A DNA stretch of 64,000 nt from NCBI GenBank assembly GCA_000993205.1, contig LBVU01000004.1, forward strand, positions 27,338 to 91,337, in the 5' to 3' direction. Both the position numbers and the translations under genes were made by a program. The notes beneath the pieces are model-generated. The model was not told the origin of the DNA. It ran no database searches and worked only from the letters and a program-made list of their open reading frames with translations. Shown here piece by piece: positions 18,879-27,564 of this stretch (its first letter is position 1; every line of letters begins with the position of its first letter). Source of the stretch: Candidatus Woesebacteria bacterium GW2011_GWB1_39_10 (GTDB lineage Bacteria; Patescibacteriota; Microgenomatia; UBA8517).

Positions 18879-19193
18879 CTACTTATCGCTCCTTTCTGTC
18901 AAGATCGCGTCCACTTTAAAATAGCCGTTGTGTGTTTTGTTTGTCCCAGAAAGTGCTCCATTTTGGTCGATACTGCTTGGTTTGACTTCGTCTTCACGAA
19001 GCACGTTTGTCAGTCCCGCAGTCTGACTGGTAGGAGTTAGATCTGTCGTATCAACCTTACCCAGTTCACCAACATGTTCGAGTATCTGAGAAAGCTGGGG
19101 AAGAAATTTGTTGATTTCAGTATCAGTCAAATCCAATTTTGCCAACCTTGCTACATGAGTTACATCCGCCTTCGAAAGCTTTGCCATATCCAT
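18879..19193 (-). CDS. gatC: Asp/Glu-tRNA amidotransferase subunit C
   Basis: 104 aa. LSKADVTHVARLAKLDL...VDTTDLTP matches the GatC pattern. Directly upstream of gatA. Confidence 0.75.
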   Translation of the reverse strand: MDMAKLSKADVTHVARLAKLDLTDTEINKFLPQLSQILEHVGELGKVDTTDLTPTSQTAGLTNVLREDEVKPSSIDQNGALSGTNKTHNGYFKVDAILTERSDK

Positions 19194-19205
19194 ATAATAC
19201 CCGAC

Positions 19206-20144
19206 TCACATCATATTTTGAAGGGCCGTAATGCGTTCCGGCATTGGAGGGTGGGTGTTAAATAAACCAGCCATAAAGTTTACTGCCCGCTGACTTTTGT
19301 CGGGAACGGAATGGAAAGGATTCACGATATACAAATGCGCAGTCGCTTTATTTGCTGCCTCAAGTGGCTCCGTATCGGCAGATATTTTTTTGAGGGCGGA
19401 GATAAGCCCTTGAGGTTGTCTGGTTATCTCAACCGATCCTGCGTCAGCTGTAAACTCCCTGCGCCTACTGATCGCCAGTTGTATTAATTGGGCAATTATT
19501 GGTGAAAGTATGGCAAAAATTATTCCCAGCACCAAAAATATTGCTCCGATATTTCCATTGTCCCGATCTCTTGACCCTCGCCCGAAATAACTCATTCTTA
19601 AAAACCAATCTCCAAGAAGGGCAACAAGACCTACCATTACAGACACAATCGACATTAAACGAATATCGTAATTTCTGATATGAGAAATTTCATGAGCCAA
19701 AACTCCCTCGAGTTCAGTCCTGTTTAGTTTTGAAAGTAAACCGGTGGTTGCACAAATCACAGCGTGATCCGGATCTCTCCCTGTGGCAAAAGCATTGGGA
19801 GCCGTATCTTCTATTACATACAACTTTGGTTTGGGTATTCCCGCTCCGATACATATGTTTTCGGCTACCTGAGTAAACAGTTTGTCTTCGATGGTGTTTG
19901 CGTGGCGGGCACCCGAAATTCCCAAAACTATTTTGTCTGAATAATAATAACTAACGAAAGATGAAATCCCGGATATTATCATTGCCATACCAAAATAACC
20001 CATTCCACCTGGCTGGTAGCCCATATAGTAACCAAAAGCATTGGTAAGGATATAAGCGGCAACAAAAACAAAGAGAACAAAAAGCGCTACAACAAAAGCG
20101 CTTTTTATCTTATTGCTCATCTGAACTTCATATATATTCCGCAT
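19206..20144 (-). CDS. htpX: M48-family zinc metalloprotease HtpX
   Basis: 312 aa. N-terminal TM helices and the HEISHIRNYD HExxH motif. Confidence 0.8.
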   Translation of the reverse strand: MRNIYEVQMSNKIKSAFVVALFVLFVFVAAYILTNAFGYYMGYQPGGMGYFGMAMIISGISSFVSYYYSDKIVLGISGARHANTIEDKLFTQVAENICIGAGIPKPKLYVIEDTAPNAFATGRDPDHAVICATTGLLSKLNRTELEGVLAHEISHIRNYDIRLMSIVSVMVGLVALLGDWFLRMSYFGRGSRDRDNGNIGAIFLVLGIIFAILSPIIAQLIQLAISRRREFTADAGSVEITRQPQGLISALKKISADTEPLEAANKATAHLYIVNPFHSVPDKSQRAVNFMAGLFNTHPPMPERITALQNMM

Positions 20145-20189
20145 ACGTCATCCTGGAGTCCCGCTCTGTGGGACGATAGGATCTTATCA

Positions 20190-20756
20190 CTAAAGTTGAA
20201 CTTTGGGTGTTTTTGTATCAGCGTCGGTTACTTTTGTAAAATCCCCACTCTCCGGAGTCTCTAAACCCTTTAATGTTTCAAAATGAAACATGTCGGCAAC
20301 CAAATTGCTGGGAAAAGTTACACGTTTAACATTGTAATCAGCAGTAAGGTCGATTAAGAGTCTTCTTGCATACATTACTTTATCACTCGTATCCCTTAGA
20401 TCATTCATCAGATTTGTAACAACTTCCGCTCCTTTAAGCTCGGGGTTACTTTCAACAACAACTTGAAGTTTTGGCAAAAGTTCAGAAATTTTTTTGGATG
20501 CGTCTTTACCGCTCGATACCATCTTTCTGGCATCAGACAACATTTCCAGTATTCCTTTTTCGTGCGTTAGATATCCTTTTACGGAAGACTCCAAATTGGG
20601 AATAAGTTCTGCCTGACGCTTCAGTTGGTTTCCAATTTCCTGAATCGAAGCTCCTACTCTCGTTTTTGTAGAAACAAAAAAATTGTAAATCGAAACTACC
20701 CAAAGAATTAAAATCAATACAATTCCTAATAATATATATTGCATAAATATCACCAC
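20190..20756 (-). CDS. lemA: LemA-family protein
   Basis: 188 aa with a single N-terminal TM and a LemA-like helical domain. The lemA-htpX pairing is common. Confidence 0.7.
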   Translation of the reverse strand: MVIFMQYILLGIVLILILWVVSIYNFFVSTKTRVGASIQEIGNQLKRQAELIPNLESSVKGYLTHEKGILEMLSDARKMVSSGKDASKKISELLPKLQVVVESNPELKGAEVVTNLMNDLRDTSDKVMYARRLLIDLTADYNVKRVTFPSNLVADMFHFETLKGLETPESGDFTKVTDADTKTPKVQL

Positions 20757-20760
20757 CCCT

Positions 20761-20853
20761 CAATTCTCAATTTTCAATTCGCAATTTTCAGTAAATTTTC
20801 ATTGCCTCAATGATCATTGAGTAATTCATTGTAAATTGTAAATTATTAATTGT
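20761..20853. repeat. Intergenic heptamer arrays (CAATTYT)x4 and (TTGTAAA)x3, plus the perfect 16-bp palindrome CTCAATGATCATTGAG
   Basis: Read directly between the polX stop and the lemA start. Confidence 0.65.
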
Positions 20854-20856
20854 AAA

Positions 20857-22563
20857 TTAAACCAACAGTTTCTCAAACGATTTCAGATCAAGACAATTGA
20901 CTATGTTGGTTTTCTCACACCATCCTCGTCTTGCTACCGAAACTCCAAACGTCATATTATTCATTCCGTCAATATGGTGTGCATCTGTTCCAAATGTTAA
21001 TTTCACACCAAGTTTCACAGCCTCACGGACTAGTGTATCGGGGAGATCCAAACGCATCGGGTCGCAATTTATTTCTATCCATTTATTATTTTTTAAACAA
21101 AACTCAAAAATTTCCGGCCAGTTTAGTTCCGCACCCTCTCTTTCATTTAATTTGCGCCCGGTGGGATGGGCGAATATTTTTACTCTTGGGTGGGATAGTG
21201 CGGCCATCACTCGTTTTGTTTGTACATCGCGCGGTAGGTCAAAATTTGAATGAATTGAGACCAGAGCAAAATCTAAAGTGTTTAATCCTTCACCGGGAAC
21301 AGGAAGGCTCCCATCGGATTTCATGTCAATTTCGAGGCTGTTAAATACTCTACGAATATATTTTGTGTTCATATTTTTAATTGAGTAGTTTATTTGTTCA
21401 ACCTCTTCCTTCTTCGCTTTTAGCTTTTCGGTAATTTGAAAATCCGTGTGTCCTTTTTGACTGGGATTGTGTTCTGTGAAAGCTATATATTCATATTTGA
21501 GCTCGTCAGCTTTTTTAACAACCTCTTCCATGGAACTGGCTCCCAAATCGTGACTTGTTTCTATGTCAAAACTTGAATGAATTTGAAGATCCGCTTTTAC
21601 ATCGGTTAGTTCGATCAATCTTGGGAGTGAATGATTTTTAGCCGCCTCAATTTCTCCGGTGTCCTCCCTAAGTTCCGGCTCGATATAATCAAGTCCAAGG
21701 AAATTATAAAAATCTTTCTCCGTCTTAAATTTTCGAATTTCGTGCTTCGGATTTCGAATTTCGCGAATTCCTTTTTCGCTAAGACTATATCCGTTTTTTA
21801 AAGAGAATTCGCGTAGAGCAATATTATGATGTTTACTGCCTGTGAAATGTTGTAGAGCTGCTCCGTATTGTTCAGTCGTTGAAACCAAAAGATCAATTTG
21901 GATATCCCCCGGAATTAAAATTGAAGCGGTTGTATCGCCAGCTTCAATTGTTTTTTGGCTATTCGGGTATTTTGTGAAATGTTCTATTACTTTTACCTTT
22001 TCACTTTTACCTTTTACCTTTGCTAAAATATCAATATCTCCAATTGTGGAAACATTTCGCCTAAGACTACCCAATGGGTCGATTTGGATAACGTTTTTAT
22101 CTTTTTTCATCCAATCAATAATAAATCCGGCGGTCGATGCGGCATATGGCAAAAGATGACGTTTTGTTTTTTTCTCCCTTACTTCAACTTCTTTGAGGAG
22201 TTTTTTAACCTCGGACGGTTCACCCTGAGCAATTAGGCGAAGGGCAGTTTTAATGCCAATTCCGGGCAACTCCATTAATTTGAAGGCTTCTTTGGGGATA
22301 TCCTTCATCAACTCATCAAAATGTCTGGAGTGACCAGTTTTGAAGAGCTCTCCTAGGTGTTCTGCGATTGAAGGGCCTATTCCTGGGACTTCTTCCAGCT
22401 TTCCATCATCCCAAAGGTCTTTAAGCTCGCTTGTGGCGTGTTCCACGGCATCTGCCGCGCGTTCATACGCAATTATTTGGAATTTATACTTGTTTTGGTC
22501 TTTTAATTGGTAGGCAGCCGCTACATCGCGAAGCAATTCTGCAATTTCCAAATTAGTCATCAA
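20857..22563 (-). CDS. polX: DNA polymerase X family protein with C-terminal PHP phosphoesterase domain
   Basis: 568 aa. N-terminal HhH/Pol-beta-like region (GIGPSIAEHL, LPGIGIKTA) and C-terminal PHP motifs (HSSFD, FGTDAHH). Carries two in-frame repeat inserts (21729-21770, 21990-22024). Confidence 0.82.
   Translation of the reverse strand: MMTNLEIAELLRDVAAAYQLKDQNKYKFQIIAYERAADAVEHATSELKDLWDDGKLEEVPGIGPSIAEHLGELFKTGHSRHFDELMKDIPKEAFKLMELPGIGIKTALRLIAQGEPSEVKKLLKEVEVREKKTKRHLLPYAASTAGFIIDWMKKDKNVIQIDPLGSLRRNVSTIGDIDILAKVKGKSEKVKVIEHFTKYPNSQKTIEAGDTTASILIPGDIQIDLLVSTTEQYGAALQHFTGSKHHNIALREFSLKNGYSLSEKGIREIRNPKHEIRKFKTEKDFYNFLGLDYIEPELREDTGEIEAAKNHSLPRLIELTDVKADLQIHSSFDIETSHDLGASSMEEVVKKADELKYEYIAFTEHNPSQKGHTDFQITEKLKAKKEEVEQINYSIKNMNTKYIRRVFNSLEIDMKSDGSLPVPGEGLNTLDFALVSIHSNFDLPRDVQTKRVMAALSHPRVKIFAHPTGRKLNEREGAELNWPEIFEFCLKNNKWIEINCDPMRLDLPDTLVREAVKLGVKLTFGTDAHHIDGMNNMTFGVSVARRGWCEKTNIVNCLDLKSFEKLLV
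21729..21770. repeat. TTCGAAT/TTCGTGCTTCGGATT repeat block inside polX (encodes IREIRNPKHEIRKFK). Shares the 18-mer AAATCCGAAGCACGAAAT with the ruvC tail
   Basis: Compared by eye with 9148-9168. Confidence 0.7.
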
Positions 22564-22583
22564 CTGTTATAATACACACTATT

Positions 22584-22657
22584 GGGGTCGTAGCTCAACT
22601 GGCTAGAGCGCTTCCCTGTCACGGAAGAGGTTGCGAGTCCGAATCTCGTCGATCCCG
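22584..22657 (+). tRNA. tRNA-Asp(GTC)
   Basis: Cloverleaf folded by hand. Acceptor GGGGTCG/CGATCCC, anticodon loop CTGTCAC, T-arm GCGAG-TCCGAAT-CTCGT, discriminator G. Confidence 0.85.
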
Positions 22658-22767
22658 CCCCAAATTCCCATTGACTTCGGTTTGATCATAGTCTAAATTC
22701 AGGCTAATTCGATTCCCTGCCCGGGGCTTGCCACTCCGAAGCCGAAGGCGAAGGGTGGTGAATATAT

Positions 22768-23304
22768 TTGAACTTTGATCTAAAAAAATTTCTAAAAAAC
22801 TTAAAACTTAACGAAGAAAATATCAGCATGGTTTTAGGAGCTTTAGTTATAGTGATTGTTGGAATTTTGATCGTAAACTACTTTAAGGATAAGAAAAGCG
22901 ACACTCTCACGGGAATTAATACAGGGAGCGAATCACAAAAAGAACACGTTGTAGTTAAAGGTGAAACTCTTTGGTCCATAGCAGAAGATAAATATGGTTC
23001 CGGTTACAACTGGGTAGACGTTAAAAAAGCCAACGAACTTAAATCGGATACGATTGAGGTTGGTCAAAAATTAACTTTGCCTGAAGTTTCAGCCAAAAAA
23101 CCTACATTGACAAAACCAACCTTGTCTGCAAACACTCAGACTCTATCTGGAGATACATACACTGTTGTTAAAGGAGATACTCTTTGGAGCATATCGTTAC
23201 GCGCATACGGAGACGGATACAAGTGGGTAAGTGTCGCAAAAGCAAACAAACTTGTTAATCCAAATGTAATCCACGTAGGAAATGTGTTAACGTTACCGCG
23301 TTAA
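22768..23304 (+). CDS. Membrane-anchored protein with two LysM peptidoglycan-binding domains
   Basis: 178 aa. N-terminal TM, then two copies of V(V)KGETLWSI...YG.GY.WV.VAKAN LysM repeats. Confidence 0.8.
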   Translation: MNFDLKKFLKNLKLNEENISMVLGALVIVIVGILIVNYFKDKKSDTLTGINTGSESQKEHVVVKGETLWSIAEDKYGSGYNWVDVKKANELKSDTIEVGQKLTLPEVSAKKPTLTKPTLSANTQTLSGDTYTVVKGDTLWSISLRAYGDGYKWVSVAKANKLVNPNVIHVGNVLTLPR

Positions 23305-23401
23305 TGTTATTAATTTACATACGCCAGTAAATTGGAATGTGTTTTGTATCTTACAAATCTGTTTTTTCAATATTTTGTCGATTTTTTGTTGTCTGTGGTT
23401 C

Positions 23402-23427
23402 GATACCATGATTCGAAACATGGTATC
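23402..23427. promoter_or_regulatory. 26-bp near-palindrome GATACCATGATTCGAAACATGGTATC upstream of the truncated trpR-like paralog
   Basis: One mismatch from perfect. Same TTCGAA-core architecture as 3225-3250. Confidence 0.55.
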
Positions 23428-23441
23428 ATTGTGTAATAAAA

Positions 23442-23839
23442 ATGTCACAGGTTTCTAAACACTTCATGAATCCAAAAATCGCAGATCTAAAAATGAGGTA
23501 ATTTCCTTTTTAGATGATTTGCTTTCCCCCGCAGAAAAAACTATGTTAGCTAAAAGAGTAGCTATCGCCTATCTACTACTTGAAAACAAATATACTTATA
23601 GGGAAATCTCCAAAACTTTAAAAATTAGTTTGGGAACCATTGCAAAAGTTCATGCAACATTTGCTTTAAAAGGAGAAGGTTACAGAAACATAATTGGAAA
23701 CTTGGTTACAAACAAAAATATTAAGAATTTATTATCCGAATTTTTAGATTTAGTTACACCGACCAAACGTACCCTGACCGGTGAAAAATACCTAAAACTC
23801 AAATATGAATCCAAAAACAAGCGTGAAGAGCCTCTTTAA
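23442..23839 (+). pseudogene. TrpR/YerC-like paralog with a disrupted N-terminus (19-codon MSQVSKHFM... remnant, then a frameshift). The HTH core 23519-23839 is intact and may be expressed from an internal start
   Basis: MSQVSKHFMNPKIADLKMR-stop at 23442-23501 matches the N-terminus of the 3258 gene. The shifted frame then continues LLSPAEKTMLAKRVAIAYLLLENKYTYREISKTLKISLGTIAKV. Confidence 0.45.
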
Positions 23840-23843
23840 GCTT

Positions 23844-23869
23844 GTTACTATGATTCGAAACATAGTAAC
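23844..23869. promoter_or_regulatory. 26-bp near-palindrome GTTACTATGATTCGAAACATAGTAAC immediately after the trpR-like paralog
   Basis: Read directly, one mismatch. Fourth member of the palindrome family. Confidence 0.55.
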
Positions 23870-23911
23870 AAAATTCCGTATAGCGAGTTTGATATAATCT
23901 GTAGTGCGAAT

Positions 23912-23985
23912 GCGGGTGTAGTTCACCGGTAGAATGCGTCCTTCCCAAGGATGAGAAGGCGGTCCGATTCCGCTCACCCGCTCCA
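23912..23985 (+). tRNA. tRNA-Gly(CCC), CCA encoded
   Basis: Acceptor GCGGGTG/CACCCGC perfect, anticodon loop TTCCCAA, T-loop TCCGATT (C at position 55), discriminator U then CCA. Confidence 0.78.
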
Positions 23986-24006
23986 ATCCCCGTTATAAAT
24001 CTGTGT

Positions 24007-24762
24007 TTGTTGTATAATCCAAAATATATGGAAGCTAAATCCGATCGTATTGTATCCAATAATAAATTACTCCCGCCAATTCCTCATATTGGCGGTCCGG
24101 GGGACCCCAAATTTGACCATATTTCTACCTTAGATATCGATAAAGACTCGAAAGATGCTATGGTACTTTGGGCAAATAGACAAGTGAGGGTAGAAAAAGC
24201 ATACACAGAACTTGACAATTTAACCAGGAATCCAGGTCTTCCCAGAGCCGAAGCAGAAGTTGCAAACGAAGTTGTAAACACCGCACTCGATAAGTTTTCA
24301 AAAATTAATCGCGAAATAGCCAAAGCTTTAGAAGCGGATGGACTTGCAGAGTCTATTTTAAATATATATTTTGATGAAATGTTTAACCAATTTTCTCAAG
24401 ACAGACTCCTGTTCAAACATCGAATCGAGGCGCAGACAACTGCCATTATCGATTCACCCATTGTCGAAAAAAGTGAGCTTACCAGCGCACTTTTATCAGA
24501 AGATTGGACAGCCAAGGAGAGAAGGAAAGCACTCGCCAACTTTGATAAGTTGCATTCCGGAATGAAAAGTCAGGGAATTGACGGGAAATACTTGCGAGAT
24601 CTAAACATGCTTTGGAGATGGGCAGACGGGGAGGTACCGGAAGACGTATCAGTCTTCAAAATCCTTGACGTCGCCGACAACCTTTATGGCGAAGCGGGTG
24701 CGGCTTTCCAGGAGATTTGGGAAGCGGAAGGGGACTGGGAGAAGGAAGGGAATGACAAATGA
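24007..24762 (+). CDS. Hypothetical acidic helical protein
   Basis: 251 aa with no recognisable motif. Lies directly downstream of tRNA-Gly. Real start may be the Met at 24028. Confidence 0.4.
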   Translation: MLYNPKYMEAKSDRIVSNNKLLPPIPHIGGPGDPKFDHISTLDIDKDSKDAMVLWANRQVRVEKAYTELDNLTRNPGLPRAEAEVANEVVNTALDKFSKINREIAKALEADGLAESILNIYFDEMFNQFSQDRLLFKHRIEAQTTAIIDSPIVEKSELTSALLSEDWTAKERRKALANFDKLHSGMKSQGIDGKYLRDLNMLWRWADGEVPEDVSVFKILDVADNLYGEAGAAFQEIWEAEGDWEKEGNDK

Positions 24763-24956
24763 ATTCGGAGAAAGAAGTTACGGGTCAGGTTATGCACTCC
24801 GACCCAGAGCTAGTTGGAAAAAATATCCACCCCACTCATTTTTCCGTTCAAAAAACTTCTTTGCGTAACAGTGATTACGATAGCGGCTATGAATGGATAG
24901 ATATGGGCAGTGGACATTTCAAACGCGTTCCAAAAAAAACCAAAGATGAAAGTTAA
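24759..24956 (+). CDS. Small hypothetical protein, translationally coupled (ATGA overlap) to the preceding ORF
   Basis: 65 aa. Start overlaps the upstream stop. Confidence 0.3.
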   Translation: MNSEKEVTGQVMHSDPELVGKNIHPTHFSVQKTSLRNSDYDSGYEWIDMGSGHFKRVPKKTKDES

Positions 24957-24961
24957 AAATG

Positions 24962-25897
24962 TCACAGAAAGCTCTTAATCTCTTCAAAACTCTTTGCCTC
25001 CATTAATTTTTGCCTAAGAATGCTCGCCCCTTTAAAATTATTGATATACATTTTGAAAAATTTCTTGATTATGGCGAAATTTTTGGTTCCTCCCCAAGTT
25101 TTTTCAAATAGTTCCATATGTCTAAGAAGCAATTTGATATATTCCGCTTTCGTATGTTCCCCTGAATCTTTTGAGAACACCCATGGATTTACAAAAATTC
25201 CCCGCCCTATCATTACCCCATCCACTCCGTATTTTTGGGCTTTTTTGACCACCTCGATGTAACTTTTAACATCTCCGTTTCCAATAATTATAGTATTGGG
25301 AGCGATTTTATCTTTAATTTTTACAATCTCGCCTATTTCTTCCCAATCAGCGGGGAAAGCGGACATTTGTTTTGCGGTTCTTGCGTGAATAGTTAACGCT
25401 GCCAAATCTTGTTTTAGAAGGAACGTGCACCAATCGCGTGCAATATTTTCATTTTTGCCAAGTCTGGTTTTAACACTCACGGGAAGAGCGCCTGCCCCTT
25501 TTTTAACTGATTTGATAATTTCGCCTGATAAATCGTAATTTCCTATGAGTCCAGCTCCTGCCCCACGTTTCATCACCTCCCGAACCGGACAGCCCATATT
25601 TATATCAACTCCGTCAAAGCCAAGGTCTGCTACAATTTTCGCAGCCTTTTTCATATTCCGAGGGACCGTTCCCCAAATTTGAGCAACAATAGGGTGTTGA
25701 TCTGAAGTAAATGTCAGTTTTCTTAGTGGAATCCCGTGGGAGTTGAAGACTAAGCCGTCACTGCTTACAAACTCAGTGAAGAAGACATCAGGCCTTCCCG
25801 CTTCCAATACAACCTGCCTAAAAACATTATCTGTAACATCATCCATCGGAGCAAGAACGGTAAATGGCTTATGTAGCTCTAACCAAAAATTATTCAT
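24962..25897 (-). CDS. dus: tRNA-dihydrouridine synthase
   Basis: LAPMDDVTDNVFR and DINMGCP motifs of the Dus TIM barrel. Start taken at the internal MNNFW so the overlap with the upstream gene is only 8 nt. Confidence 0.8.
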   Translation of the reverse strand: MNNFWLELHKPFTVLAPMDDVTDNVFRQVVLEAGRPDVFFTEFVSSDGLVFNSHGIPLRKLTFTSDQHPIVAQIWGTVPRNMKKAAKIVADLGFDGVDINMGCPVREVMKRGAGAGLIGNYDLSGEIIKSVKKGAGALPVSVKTRLGKNENIARDWCTFLLKQDLAALTIHARTAKQMSAFPADWEEIGEIVKIKDKIAPNTIIIGNGDVKSYIEVVKKAQKYGVDGVMIGRGIFVNPWVFSKDSGEHTKAEYIKLLLRHMELFEKTWGGTKNFAIIKKFFKMYINNFKGASILRQKLMEAKSFEEIKSFL

Positions 25898-26948
25898 GAA
25901 GTTCCAGACTTTTAATTTCCGGTAAACTCTTGCCGATAACTCCCTGCAAGTCGCCATACATTCCGTGTGTGTGATCTATAACCTTTCTAATTTCTTTTTC
26001 CTGTCTGGCCCACTTTACATTAAAATACCTTTTTTCTTTCTCTAATTCTTCCTGCAAATTACTAAATGCGTCCACTATTCCCTCTACCCTGTTTTTAAAT
26101 TCCGTCCCTGTTAAATATTGATAAAGAATTTTCATTTTCTCGTCTTTGCCTTCGCTTGAAGTCCTTTCGTGGAACAAACTCACCAGATTGAAACGTAAGG
26201 ACCAGGAAAGCGGAATAAAATGTTTCCAACTTACTATCCAAACTCCGTCACGATAAGCAAAGCTGTCCACCCCCTCGGGTAAATTAACTGTAACAAGAAC
26301 TGCCAGGTCGGCCTTGGCCTGACGCTGATCTTCTTTTAATTTCGAAATCCAGCCATTACTCCATTCGGCATTCTTGCTTTCCCAAAGAATTTTACCGCAA
26401 GATCTACCCAGTTTATCGACCACCTCTTGCTCCACATCTGCCCCTCTTTGCCCCTTTTTAACTTCCAAAATTTTATCCGTAGGGAACTCTTCTCTAAGTT
26501 TTGTTTCTAGTTCAAGTTCGAGCGTTTCTCCTTGGGTTTGTTGCGAACCTTGTTGGATCTTTGTTTTGAGGGATTCGATTTGATCCAGGGCTTGTTGAAG
26601 TTTATTGTCCTTTTCCAAATCTTTTAGTTTATGTTCTTCGTCCGCTTTTTGTCTGACCTCAACCTTAATTCTTTCTTCTTCATCCATTAGTCTCTTCTTC
26701 ATTTGAATTTCGCGTTCCTCGTCTTTCTCGCGAAGTTTTTTGATTTCATCCAAAAGTTCGGAAATTTGATTTGTAAGTTTTTCTACGCGCTCCTTTGTTT
26801 CTTCTTCGCTTTTCCTTTTTACTTCTTCCAGTTCTTCTTTATGCTTTGACAACAAGGTTTGACTAACCTGTTCTTCAATTTCATGCTTTAGAGCCTCCGT
26901 AGCTTCAAATTCCTTGCCGCAATGAGGGCATTTAATTGTATTTTTCAT
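25890..26948 (-). CDS. Zinc-ribbon plus long coiled-coil protein with a C-terminal globular domain (DUF2130-like)
   Basis: 352 aa. N-terminal CPHCGKEF...C zinc ribbon, ~180 aa of E/K-rich coiled coil, C-terminal KGQRGADV region. Confidence 0.45.
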   Translation of the reverse strand: MKNTIKCPHCGKEFEATEALKHEIEEQVSQTLLSKHKEELEEVKRKSEEETKERVEKLTNQISELLDEIKKLREKDEEREIQMKKRLMDEEERIKVEVRQKADEEHKLKDLEKDNKLQQALDQIESLKTKIQQGSQQTQGETLELELETKLREEFPTDKILEVKKGQRGADVEQEVVDKLGRSCGKILWESKNAEWSNGWISKLKEDQRQAKADLAVLVTVNLPEGVDSFAYRDGVWIVSWKHFIPLSWSLRFNLVSLFHERTSSEGKDEKMKILYQYLTGTEFKNRVEGIVDAFSNLQEELEKEKRYFNVKWARQEKEIRKVIDHTHGMYGDLQGVIGKSLPEIKSLELHE

Positions 26949-26963
26949 TTAATACTGATTCTA

Positions 26964-27027
26964 ACACGAAAGAAAAAGAGGAGGCGAGAGACCTTGATAT
27001 TAGTTTTCACTAATCCTCTTTTTTCGT
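26964..27027 (-). terminator. Rho-independent terminator for the 27031-27477 gene
   Basis: On the minus-strand transcript, the stem GAAAAAGAGGA/TCCTCTTTTTC is followed by UUUCUUUCGUGUU. Confidence 0.55.
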
Positions 27028-27030
27028 TTT

Positions 27031-27477
27031 TTATTGAACTATGGTAGCGTACCAAAATCTTTGCAAATTGCCATCGCTATTATCTACTACCGGGTAAAGG
27101 ATATTGTTCGTTTTATCCCAGGCATAGATGGTTCCAATTTCAGGAGCAGGTGAATTTGGCGACGAACACATTGCTTTAACTCTTGCTCCGTTATCATTTA
27201 CAAAAGTTGCCCAAGAATAGACAAATCCATTCTCTCTGGTTTTTTCACCGTTAAAACCTTCAAATTTCCAACCACTCGCAGGCAACCACTCAGGGGTGGA
27301 GGTTGGGACTACTGTTGCGATAACCTGAAAGGTAGGTGTAGAAAGTGCTGTTTGTCCATTCACATCAAAGACTTCATTGGTTGATGCCCGATTCCTCAAA
27401 TAAACCAAGACAAGAAGGATCACAGCAACAACCAAAACAAGACCAGCTCCGGCAATCCACAATTTTTTGTTATTCAT
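27031..27477 (-). CDS. Hypothetical membrane-anchored or secreted protein
   Basis: Start taken at MNNKKLWIAGAGLVLVVAVILLVLV (N-terminal TM/signal anchor). No known domain. Confidence 0.4.
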   Translation of the reverse strand: MNNKKLWIAGAGLVLVVAVILLVLVYLRNRASTNEVFDVNGQTALSTPTFQVIATVVPTSTPEWLPASGWKFEGFNGEKTRENGFVYSWATFVNDNGARVKAMCSSPNSPAPEIGTIYAWDKTNNILYPVVDNSDGNLQRFWYATIVQ

Positions 27478-27564
27478 TTTGCCTCCTTTCGCAAAATGAG
27501 TCTCTCGCCTCTTTTTAAAGTTCTCTCCAAATCTATTGAAGATGTGCAAATTATACTCCAGAAA

